From NCBI RefSeq assembly GCF_001194135.2, contig NC_068992.1, forward strand, positions 64,214,248-64,278,247: a DNA stretch of 64,000 bases, read 5' to 3'. Positions 40,963 to 48,590 of this stretch are shown here, one piece after another. The notes under the pieces are model-generated. The model was not told where the DNA came from, did not search any database, and saw nothing but the letters and a program-made list of their open reading frames with translations. Position numbers and translations under genes: made by a program. This stretch comes from Octopus bimaculoides. Lineage: Eukaryota. The stretch's first letter is position 1. Each line of letters starts with the position of its first letter.

Positions 40963-43900
40963 ATCATCATCATCTTAACACCCACTTTTTCACTGCTTGC
41001 ATGGATCAGATGATCTATGCGACCATTGATAAACTTTGCTGAAGCAGAATTTTCTATAGCTAGATGCTCTTTCTGTTGCCAACCCATGCCCGTTTTTAAG
41101 TGAGGAATTTATTCCCAGCCAGTCTATCAAACAGTGAACTCTCTGGACATGGCTTCGTAGAAGACTGCAAGTGAATGCCAGCTGTTTGTATGAATGGTGG
41201 AATCAACAATCAATAAGCAAATGCCAAGACCTATCAAGAAGGCTGGATATGCTTTCACGGAAGACTGCAAACAAGTGACACTGTTTTGTATAAATGGTGA
41301 CGCTTCGTTTACAATTGGTGTGCAGATGTCAAGACAAGAGAATACATATTTAGTTGCATACACATACATCTTTTTATCTTTTACTGGTTTCAGTGAACTT
41401 GTCAAATGAATCAACCTCAGTACTTGATTTTTATTTATTCATTTTTTTTAAAGTCTGGTACTTATTCTATCAGTCTCTTTTGCTGGACTGCTAAGTTACA
41501 AGGACATAAACACACCAACACCAGTTGTCAAGCAGTGGTGGGGGATAAGCACAGACATAAAGACGCACATACTAAAGGCTTCTGAAGTTTCCTTACTAAA
41601 TTTTACCCAATGTATTGATGAACCAGAGGAAACCAGCCAAAGGGGTCCTTACAATGAGACTGCACCCCCAAACCAAATGCTGCCAAGGTAAACTTGTTTC
41701 CCACACAGCCATACCTGCAGGGGCCTCTGAGAAATGTTTGAAAGATACTGTTCTATACATATACTGTGAAATGTCAATGAGGGAACCTGTACATGGTTGT
41801 TTAACGAGCTAGAAATAATTGCTAAATCTCTCTCAAATCACACCTATCCTCTCTGTCATGTGCCATGCTTAAAAGATGTCAGCAATCAGAGACTCCTATG
41901 CCTTTCTGTCACACACACAACTGGCACCTTACTGAGCTGGTCTTTCTGAAACCAGATGGTAAGGTCATTGGGTGTTTTCTTTCTCGATTACCATCTTGAT
42001 TGATCAAGTGCTCAAACTTTACTTTTCTCATATACACCACACCCTAATCTAGTTAAAAAAAAAATCAAGGACATGATGGATGATGTCTTCCAAAGTATTA
42101 TATTCCTGAAAAAATAAAAGACAGGATGGTTGTGGCCAGAATTCTTTTGATTGTAAGCCTGCTTGATTAGGACAGACCACAAGCTAAATGCAAGAGCTGA
42201 AAGTTTCTCAGCTGATGGCGAAATAAGAGTCTTTGTTTGGACATGTTCTGAGAGGACCAAATACACTGACCAGTGGCTGTAATTCTTAGTCACAAAAATA
42301 AACTAGAGGTGCAGGCATGGCTGCATGGTTAAGAGACTTGCTTCCTAACCATGTGGACTTGGGTTCAGTCCTATTGCATGGCACCTTAGGCAAGTGCCTT
42401 CTACTTATAGCCCCAGGATAACCAAAGCCTTGTGAATGGATTTGGTAGACTGAAACTGACAGAAACCTATTGTATGTACATATGTATGCTCATAATTAAT
42501 AAAGTATGTCTTTTTAGGACAAAATGTATTAGGTATCACCAGTTAAGTGCTCAAATTTGAACAATGCCTGAAGATCTGGAAGAGATGTTTAAAGGGCAGA
42601 GTAAACTAAAAGAGCAGTTACTCTATTTGTTAACATTTACAATTACCATGAAAATATCATACAGGATTACTACTAAGAAAATCTCTCAAAACCTTGTCGG
42701 GTTACTATATGGAAATTTATACAGAGTTCCTATGACTCATATCTATACAACTATGGATTAACTAATTCGGTATTGCAACAGTCTTACGCAATCGGCAGAA
42801 GATTGGTGAGGTGAAAAAGCTCGATGAAAATCAAAAAGTAAGGCATTTTGAAGTGTGCTCGATGCTCTTTCTGTGAAACACCAATGATCCTTTTCTTGAC
42901 CGAATTGTCACTTGTGAGGAAAAGTGGATCCTTTATGAAACGATCAGGTCAATGGCTTGATCGTGATTAGTCCCCCAAACATTTCCCAAAGTCAAAGTTG
43001 TATCAGCCAAAGATTATGGTAACTATCTATCTGGTAGTCTGCAATTTGTGTTGTCCATTACAGCTTTCTGAAAGCCAATCAGAGCATTACAGCAGAGATT
43101 TACTGCAATCAACTCGCTAAAATGCATGCTCACTTGCAAAACCCAATTCTGCTCCATGATAATGCAAAGCCATGTTGCAAGAATCACGCTGCAGGAACTC
43201 ACAGACTTGGGATACGAGACTTCACCACATCCTCCATTGTCTCCTCATCTTTCACCCACTGACTACCATTTTTTAAAGCATTTAAACACATTTTTAGGTG
43301 ATAAAACTTTCAGGGTCCAAACCAGAGGTCTCAAAGATTTCTTAGCATCAAAGCCAGTAAGTTTTTATCAATGAGGCATAAATAATCTCGTTGATTGATG
43401 GAAGAGATGCATAGATGTTCACGGCTCATACTTTGACTAATCAAAACATTTCTATTGCAAATTTTTCCAGAATAAAATTGTTTCTGAAATGAGCTATTAT
43501 TTTCTGAACAACCTAATATATTCCTATTATAATCACTTATGTGATTATACAATTTTCCATGTTAATATACTTCTTGTCGTGACTATTCCAAATATACTTA
43601 CTCTATTCTCTCTTATATTCTAATATGCACATACGTATGTGTGTGTATGCATGTGTATATGTGTGTTCCCTTGTTTTGACAACAGGTAATGGTTGTAAGC
43701 AATAGTTCATTTCCAGTCTTCTATAAAAGCCATGTCTGGCCAGGATGAAATATTACTTTGCTTGGAAACAAAGGAGAGTTGGTGACAGAAAGAATAACTG
43801 GCTGTAGATAATCTGCCTCAACAAATTTCACCTAACTCTTTTAAATATATATATATATATATATGTAAAATGGTGATTGCATCACCTTCTCTATCATGGG

Positions 43901-44686
43901 ACAGTACATTACACACACACAACAAACTGCTACATAGTTACGGTTTAGCAAATCCACTAACAAGGCATTCATCAGCCCAGGGCTACAGTAGAAGACACTT
44001 GCTTAGCCTAAGATGCAGTGAAGGAGACTGGACCCTGAAGGAGACTGGACCCAAAACCATGTGGTTGCAAAGTGAGCTTTTGACCACAGCTATGCTTGCC
44101 CCTCTGTATATGCATATTTCTCAGTGACCACACTCGAGATCCCAGCTTATCATAGGTCTTTGCTATCATTTTCTGTATCTCTTCCCCATCCAGTCCTTAG
44201 TAACTTTAGCATAATCACCAGGACATCATAACGAAAAAATATTCTGCATCAAGCACAATAAAATATTTAAAAAAAGACCCAAAAACATTCTTGTTTCTTG
44301 GACAGTTGTGATTCAGAATGAAACAAGATTTCTTGCTCCATTCTGAATCACAACTGTCCAACAACTGGAAATGTGAAACTGATTAGCAGATTTTTTGTGA
44401 TATTTTTACAATGTTTTTGCAGCTTTAATAATAAAGTATATTACTCTACTTCCAGTATTCGAGTACTATTTTCCCCCACCTTGTTTCACATTTATGTACT
44501 TACTCTGGTATGTATGTGTATGTATATATATATATATATATATATAGATAGATAGATTAGTTACAGGAATCATTAGAATCTAAGCACATCAACACACAAG
44601 ACACTAGGACTGGCTACATACCACATATTGAGTTCACACCGAGGTAAAAAAACAACCATGAGATGAGGTGTGTTAGTAGAATACTG

Positions 44687-44719
<33 letters not shown>

Positions 44720-46486
44720 TATATATATACACATACATACACACATATTTATATACATAGGTACCAAATGCAATATAAACTGTAGATCCGACTCAGGTTT
44801 GGCATAGGTATAAAAAGAACACAAATGGGGATTTAAAATATACAACTGTTCCAGTGGAATTTTATTGATGTATTCACCATGTTGATTGTTGGATAGGTCG
44901 TCACCAAGGTGGTTTTACCTCACCTGTTTGATATCTGTTTAAAATTCTACCTGAAGATGGTGGATTTATGCTATGATGTAATCTATGAATACATCAATAA
45001 AATTCTACTGAAACAGCTGTAGTAAATTTTAAAAACAATTTGTGTTCTTTATATATATATATACACACACATGTATTTGCTGGGTCTGTTATTGATGTCA
45101 ATACAATATTGTTACTTCTTTTGAGGGTTAACATTATTCCTTTTACTATATTAGACTGGGATTGTTGAAAAGACAGAAAAAGGCACAAAACCCCCACTTA
45201 AAATACATATCATTACATATATATATATATATGCGTACGTGTGTGTGTGTATGTATGTATTTTGTACAAACTGTTATGTGTCTACCAACGAGATAAAAGA
45301 CAATTTACGAATAAGTTTCTTGTTGCTCTGTTTAGCCTCAGGTCAGAACTGATCCAAAAACTAAACGAGATGGTCAAATTTATTTATTATATATCAGTAT
45401 TCGATTAAAATAATGGCAATAGAAATATAGATCCGAGTATTACTGTTGAAATTCGGCAAATAAAACAGAAGCACAAATGGACACGAGAGGAATACGTTTC
45501 AAATGCTAAATGCGTATTTATAATTTTTTTTTTAAAGAAGACCAACAATAAAGCCATTCAAAGTCGTTTAGTAAAAATAACTTCAAAGGTGCCCCTAGAA
45601 TTTACTATAGCAAGATAACGAGGGAACCTCTCGATGTGGTGATAGTAATTCATCCTTCTAAGGAATAAATGCCAAACCTCCTTCTAATAATACTGTTACC
45701 ACTTTTGAAAACCGGTAGGACATATTGCGTAGCGCAGACCTAGAGAAACTGTGAATAAAGGAAGAATTAGGGATGGTCACAGTTAGAGTGTCTGCGCCTA
45801 TGGGAGCAACTATAGGGACCAAGCATCAGCGAACCGGCAACGGAGCCTTCAAGTGGTCATCCTTTCACCTGCTAGAAATAATAATCAAATCTTTCAAATT
45901 ATATCACATCGCAGTATAGATTTTAAAAATCGGGGGTGGGGTTGGGATATTGGATAACGTAGTCCTAAGGTACCATCATGTCTGAATGAAATAAAGACGG
46001 GATGGTCACAGTTGGAACACATTTGATCACATGTTTATTCAGTCAGTTGTTTGTTAAACGATAGTATAACATCTAACTGAATCGTTGTTACATACTAATT
46101 GTAGTTAATTAACTGTGTGGGATGATCGTGTAAAAGCTTCGAAGAACAGCTGAAACAAAAGACGAAGCAAGAACCAAGGTGATGAATGACTGTGTAAAGG
46201 AAATATGTATTTGTACTAACAACAGGTTAGGGTCAGATCATAAAGAAATAAAACATCGTGACACACATAGACACAGAAATACGAAGTAGCAGGCAGACAT
46301 GTAAAAAAAAAAAAAATTTTTTAAAGATTCGAAAAATAAATGACTTACCGACAGAATAGTATAAAATCCTGGACTGGTCTCCCATTGTTTTAACTGGTGC
46401 ACAGCAGGTTTGAGAACATCAGCATTCTGGCTGCAAGCATTTGTTAATGTGTGCAACACGATGGGGCCTGCACTTGCCAAGTCCAT
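2857..46486 (-). CDS. IPO11: Importin-11 (importin-beta family karyopherin), 18 coding exons in window, 3'-partial (continues left of position 1)
   Basis: Hand-spliced exons join in frame (2080 nt = 693 codons + 1 nt). The product follows vertebrate IPO11 throughout: [11 protein letters not shown]...[126 protein letters not shown]. 16 introns are GT-AG and one is AT-AC. Confidence 0.97.
3632..3790 (-). CDS. IPO11: IPO11 exon 17 ([14 protein letters not shown]...[11 protein letters not shown])
   Basis: ttttccAG acceptor, AAG|GTAATT donor, 159 nt. Confidence 0.96.
4075..4235 (-). mobile_element. SINE/LINE-tail family B with (ATG)n tail (representative copy)
   Basis: Core GGAAGGGCATCCAGCTGTAGAAA...CCAACCCATGCCAGCATGGAAAGCGGACGTTAAACG(ATG)n. 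Copies at 1200-1610, 6850-7110, 15540-15675, 22300-22530, 29070-29190, 38340-38520, 48840-49385, 54810-55070 and elsewhere. Confidence 0.8.
5797..5862 (-). CDS. IPO11: IPO11 exon 16 ([22 protein letters not shown])
   Basis: ccttccAG acceptor, AAG|GTGAGT donor, 66 nt. Confidence 0.95.
7480..7860 (+). mobile_element. RTE-clade LINE 3' ORF fragment
   Basis: [21 protein letters not shown]...[20 protein letters not shown]...RELWQDM resembles the RTE/BovB C-terminus; it contains stops and frameshifts. Confidence 0.75.
8021..8061 (-). CDS. IPO11: IPO11 exon 15 ([14 protein letters not shown])
   Basis: Follows the U12 acceptor ...ctgtAC|, donor CCA|GTAAGT, 41 nt; matches vertebrate TVDDFEFRTDQFLP. 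Confidence 0.93.
8062..8674 (-). other. U12-type (minor spliceosome) AT-AC intron of IPO11
   Basis: 5' end ATATCCTTTT (8674-8665), branch point TTCCTTAAC (8080-8072), terminal AC (8063-8062). Splicing here restores the IPO11 frame (LRT-A-VDDFEF). Confidence 0.93.
8675..8838 (-). CDS. IPO11: IPO11 exon 14 ([15 protein letters not shown]...EAANTLRT)
   Basis: ttttacAG acceptor; ends at the U12-type donor G|ATATCCTTT; 164 nt. Confidence 0.93.
9229..9874 (+). repeat. 97-bp direct repeat flanking IPO11 exon 13
   Basis: 9229-9325 and 9778-9874 differ at one base; offset 549 bp. Confidence 0.9.
9469..9574 (-). CDS. IPO11: IPO11 exon 13 ([34 protein letters not shown])
   Basis: attccAG acceptor, AA|GTAAGT donor, 106 nt. 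Confidence 0.96.
10106..10323. mobile_element. piggyBac-type MITE
   Basis: TTAA on both sides (10106-09, 10320-23); perfect 12-bp TIR CCCTTTCGTTAC/GTAACGAAAGGG. Confidence 0.85.
11509..11647 (-). CDS. IPO11: IPO11 exon 12 ([25 protein letters not shown]...ILRKDA)
   Basis: ttatacAG acceptor, G|GTAATA donor, 139 nt. Confidence 0.95.
12983..13023 (-). CDS. IPO11: IPO11 exon 11 ([13 protein letters not shown])
   Basis: ttttttAG acceptor, AAG|GTAAGT donor, 41 nt. Confidence 0.94.
13528..13683 (-). CDS. IPO11: IPO11 exon 10 ([15 protein letters not shown]...WESDPESF)
   Basis: tttgcAG acceptor, T|GTAAGT donor, 156 nt. Confidence 0.95.
14029..14348. repeat. Long inverted repeat with perfect 94-bp inner arms
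   Basis: 14075-14168 is the exact reverse complement of 14220-14313, with a 51-nt spacer; diverged outer arms extend to 14029 and 14348. Confidence 0.95.
15131..15220 (-). CDS. IPO11: IPO11 exon 9 ([29 protein letters not shown])
   Basis: ttttcAG acceptor, G|GTGAAT donor, 90 nt. Confidence 0.93.
17077..17176 (-). CDS. IPO11: IPO11 exon 8 ([33 protein letters not shown])
   Basis: ctctacAG acceptor, A|GTAAGT donor, 100 nt. Confidence 0.94.
17460..17746. repeat. (CAGA(TA)n) compound microsatellite running into a gap
   Basis: Direct reading. Confidence 0.9.
18157..18227 (-). CDS. IPO11: IPO11 exon 7 ([23 protein letters not shown])
   Basis: ttttccAG acceptor, GTG|GTAGGT donor (chosen because the next exon begins in phase 0), 71 nt. 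Confidence 0.9.
18851..19140 (-). mobile_element. tRNA-headed SINE-like element carrying a hammerhead motif, bounded by a 35-bp perfect inverted repeat
   Basis: Minus-strand order: tRNA-like head 19090-19025 (A box TAGTGGTTAAG, B box GTTCGATT), (AAT)n linker, hammerhead, tail. 18851-18885 is the exact reverse complement of 19106-19140. Confidence 0.7.
18896..18941 (-). ncRNA. Minimal type I hammerhead ribozyme motif (Penelope/retrozyme-like)
   Basis: Minus strand AACAC-CUGAUGA-A-GGCUG-gagggtatat-CAGCU-GAAA-UGU-U-GUGUU: stem I 5 bp, stem II 5 bp, loop-less stem III (AUGU, probably a CpG-decayed ACGU), GUU triplet. Confidence 0.7.
20192..20299 (-). CDS. IPO11: IPO11 exon 6 ([35 protein letters not shown])
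   Basis: ttttacAG acceptor, A|GTGAGT donor, 108 nt. Confidence 0.94.
21321..21646 (+). mobile_element. Non-autonomous element with asymmetric inverted motifs (Helentron/HINE-like)
   Basis: ACCTCCGCC near the 5' end and a 3' stem-loop ACCTCTGCC-TTCACCAA-GGTGGAGGT; the body is about 80% similar to 60706-60945. Confidence 0.5.
22528..22722. repeat. (CA)/(TA)/(CATA) compound microsatellite
   Basis: Direct reading; source of three spurious ORFs. Confidence 0.9.
23061..23190 (-). CDS. IPO11: IPO11 exon 5 ([22 protein letters not shown]...SILGLK)
   Basis: tgtgtAG acceptor, G|GTGAGT donor, 130 nt. Confidence 0.94.
23271..23464. repeat. Imperfect fold-back of about 190 nt with a 6-nt loop
   Basis: Centre ...CTCAAAGTGCCAGGT-tttaac-ACCTGGCACTTTGAG...; pairing continues outward to ACCAACCACACATATT/AATATGTGTGGTTGAT. 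Confidence 0.9.
23465..23684. mobile_element. Mariner-derived MITE (irritans/Hsmar2-like TIR)
   Basis: Degenerate ~30-bp TIRs (ta-tgaacgggtgctaaaaaattcttggtttt / aaagccaggaacttttcagcgcttcttg). A cleaner TIR copy, TACGAGGGGGTGCTGAAAAGTTCCTGGCTTT, lies at 32763. Confidence 0.7.
27666..27869 (-). CDS. IPO11: IPO11 exon 4 ([26 protein letters not shown]...RKLFEE)
   Basis: ttttccAG acceptor, GAA|GTGAGT donor, 204 nt; within ORF 27426-27998. Confidence 0.96.
28659..28731 (-). CDS. IPO11: IPO11 exon 3 ([24 protein letters not shown])
   Basis: cctttAG acceptor, CAG|GTGAGT donor, 73 nt, phase 2 to 0. Confidence 0.95.
31022..31122 (-). CDS. IPO11: IPO11 exon 2 ([33 protein letters not shown])
   Basis: tttgcAG acceptor, AA|GTAAGT donor, 101 nt; not in the ORF track. 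Confidence 0.95.
31177..31944. other. Largest assembly gap
   Basis: N-run. Others at 4484-4583, 5324-5333, 17596-17746, 34939-35022, 51452-51686, 53896-54270, 56022-56031 and 62403-62574. No IPO11 coding sequence appears to be missing in them. Confidence 0.98.
32230..32530 (+). mobile_element. tRNA-derived SINE family D (representative copy)
   Basis: GGCTTAGTGGTTAG A box and a decayed B box; a second copy is at 50360-50640. Confidence 0.7.
32763..32810 (+). mobile_element. Truncated copy of the mariner MITE (single TIR)
   Basis: TACGAGGGGGTGCTGAAAAGTTCCTGGCTTTGGGTAAAAGAAAATA matches the left end of the 23465 element. Confidence 0.65.
33040..33260. mobile_element. Second piggyBac-like MITE family (agcattc...aatgctaaa ends), degenerate
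   Basis: Ends tttacccataagcattc / aatgctaaatggtta; related pieces at 12421-12610, 34380-34800 and 38000-38100. Confidence 0.55.
33636..33960 (-). mobile_element. SINE family E (representative copy)
   Basis: Homologous to 640-890 in the opposite orientation (the ORF track gives paralogous spurious peptides MTMGLHL...); tRNA-like head remnants near 33900-33960. Confidence 0.65.
34005..34261. mobile_element. hAT-like MITE
   Basis: TIR CAGGGCTGTGGA/TCCACAGCCCTG, internal GGAGTC/GACTCC subterminal repeats, imperfect 8-bp flanks atttctat/atttttag. Confidence 0.75.
34820..35155 (+). repeat. Minisatellite expanded inside a family-B SINE
   Basis: Unit GCACTGGTGATGGTACCACG(A)n or GTACTGGTGATGGTACCACG(A)n, at least 8 visible copies, spanning an N-gap. 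Confidence 0.9.
38544..38850. mobile_element. piggyBac-type MITE, related family member
   Basis: TTAA-CCTTTTTGATACC ... GGTAACAAAAAGGG-TTAA; the internal sequence is shared with fragments at 9229, 9778, 33514, 37620 and 59700. Confidence 0.75.
39835..40035 (+). repeat. Degenerate ~20-bp minisatellite
   Basis: About ten variants of CAGCTGCATCAGTCACAT(T/G). Confidence 0.8.
42529..43518 (+). pseudogene. Decayed mariner (Hsmar1/SETMAR-like) transposase and element
   Basis: Frameshifted segments [82 protein letters not shown] (stop at 43440). The 3' TIR ...TCTGAACAACCTAA is followed by TA; the 5' TIR at 42529 is weak. Confidence 0.9.
44298..44361. repeat. 64-nt hairpin with a perfect 23-bp stem
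   Basis: TTGGACAGTTGTGATTCAGAATG-18 nt-CATTCTGAATCACAACTGTCCAA. Confidence 0.9.
44938..45033 (+). ncRNA. Type I hammerhead ribozyme motif with palindromic stem III
   Basis: TTTAAAATTCTAC-CUGAAGA(44951-57)-U-long stem II (GGUGGAUUU/AAUUCUACU plus UGAUGUA/UACAUCA)-GAAA(45010-13)-ACAGCUGU palindrome-A17-GUAAAUUUUAAA; stem I is 12 bp with one bulge. Confidence 0.7.
46349..46486 (-). CDS. IPO11: IPO11 coding exon 1 ([46 protein letters not shown])
   Basis: ATG in strong context (tcaaaATGG), 138 nt, donor TCG|GTAAGT. An in-frame upstream ATG lies at 46507. Confidence 0.93.
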
Positions 46487-48000
46487 TTTGACTACGGTTC
46501 CACTCATTCAGGGTGTATAGCATAAAAAACAGAACGGCCTCAGTTCTTTTACTCTCACCAACATGATCTTTGCAAACATATACGAAACAGGTAGATTTTC
46601 ATATTAATTAATAATAATAATAATTATTATTATTATTACTATTATTATTGTGGAGGTTCTTTCAATTAAAGTTCTAATAAAATCTCTTAATACACTACAA
46701 AATACATTTAATGTTTTACGTGTTCAGGGAGGAAATATTCTTTGGCTAACAAGTTAAAAATAAGTCGTATAAACATATATTATATGTAGGCATATATTAT
46801 TATATCTCTCTATATATATACAACATGGGATTTTACCATTAATGTAAGCAAGATAAACGAAAGCAAATATTTTTGCTTCGAGAGATTGGTTTAAGAGATT
46901 CTTTGACTGAGTGAGAACTTGTGACACTCACACCATTACTTTATATATATATATACATATACACACACATATAAATAACTATATACACATATATAACGGT
47001 AAAATAATGGAGTCTCTTGTATGAAGGAAAAATGCGAACGTTTTTAAGAGCGTTAAGTGATTACAACCCACCACAAAAATATAGAGAGAAGGTATATTCA
47101 GTCTGTGTGTATGTTTATGTGTCTAAGGATGAACTTGTTAAATGATTGCAAGTATTTCGTTCACATGTTAGCAGTGAACGAAGGTGGACTTGTTTATGGT
47201 AATGTTTGAGGCCTCATCTATATTAACTTTCATCCAGGCAACGTTAGTATTGAGGGTGGATGGTCGCTACGTTTTGTTTTCCCCACTCAATCCGGACAAT
47301 GTAGACACTGACAACAGATACGACACGAAATTAAACATGTACTGCCATGAAATGGTAATAGAATTATTTTCACAGACAAACTTTCTTTCCATTTCCCCCG
47401 CCATTCATTTTTTTTTTGTTTTTGTTCTTCCTTTTTTTTAAAGTCTACTTTAAAAAAAAATATAAACAAGCTTATTTCTACCTGTTGGCTTTTTTCCCTT
47501 TTTTTTTCTCTCTTTTTCTTGTTAACTTATATTTTTAACAAAGCATCTTCTTGTTAACTTTTGCGCTGGATTTGATCCGAATTTGAAACCACATCAGAGG
47601 AACACATGGGGGCAAGATTTAATACTACTTCCGCTCATAAATATCTTTCATGACATCAACCGCGTGCAGAGAAATAGTTTAACAACTATTTCACAGATCC
47701 CTATCCGAATCAAATTTTATTTTTTTCCTGAAATATATTAAAACCCACTTTTTATTTTCAACAAATAAACTTAGTATTTTCTATTAAATATTACATTGTG
47801 AAAATTAAAGATAATAAAGTATAAGGTTTGAAATTTTAAACCAATATTGAGATCTTTTTATCTTTTGCTTGTTTTAATCATTCGACTGCGGCCATGTTGG
47901 AGCACTGCCTAGAAGGGCTTTAGTTGAAGGGCTCTAAGAAATAAATACTGGTATTTATTTCTTAGAGCCTGGTATTTATTCTAACGGTCTCTTTTGCCGA
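46487..48000 (-). promoter_or_regulatory. Probable IPO11 5' UTR/promoter region
   Basis: Immediately upstream of the start codon. Largely unique sequence (45250-47850) with visibly more CpG dinucleotides and fewer SINEs than the gene body. The TSS cannot be determined from sequence. Confidence 0.5.
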
Positions 48001-48354
48001 AGCGCTAAGTTATGAGGATGTAAACAAACCACTACTTCCCGTCAAGTGGTGGTGGGAGACAAATACAAACACAAAAACACAATACAGGTATCGAACTTCT
48101 TACCCAGCAACCTTGGGGCTGGAGGTGGTCCGGATTTCTGGATTTTCCGGATTTCTGGACATAGGCTAAATATATACCAAAAATATAAAATAAACAACGA
48201 AAAGTAAAGAACAAAATTGTATAAAATATACAAATTAATATACAAATTAATACATTTCTAAAGCAGGGTCTGTTTGATCGTTATGAAGCCACTTAAAATT
48301 CTTAAAACCAAAACAAAGCAGCCGGAGAAATTCAAAGCTAGCCAGTTTCAAAAA

Positions 48355-48590
48355 GGGTGGTGAGCTGGTAGAATCATTAGCATGTCGGGAGAAATGCTTA
48401 GTGGTATTTTGTCTGCCGTTACGTTCTGAGTTCAAATTCTGCCGAGGTTGACTTTGCCTTTCATCCTTCCAGGGTCAGTTAAATAAGTACCAGTTATGCA
48501 CTGGGGTTGATGTAATCAACTTAATCCCTTTGTCTGTCCTTGTTTGTCCCCTCTATATCTAGCCCCCTGTGGGCAATAAAGAAATAAATA
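48355..48590 (+). mobile_element. tRNA-derived SINE family C (representative copy)
   Basis: GGTGAGCTGGTAGAATCATTAGC...GAGTTCAAATTCTGCCGAGG...CTTTCATCC. Copies at 3100-3500, 9900-10090, 20820-21020, 48600-48740, 58370-58640 and 60340-60540. Confidence 0.8.

Noticed and set aside
42012-42293. ORF containing [10 protein letters not shown], resembling the IPO11 C-terminal RKLSALAL motif
   Set aside because: Wrong position (intron 1) and no flanking similarity; treated as chance.
31123-46348. Nested protein-coding gene in the 15-kb first intron (vertebrate IPO11 hosts a nested LRR gene)
   Set aside because: No long non-repeat ORF or LRR pattern was found in any intron here.
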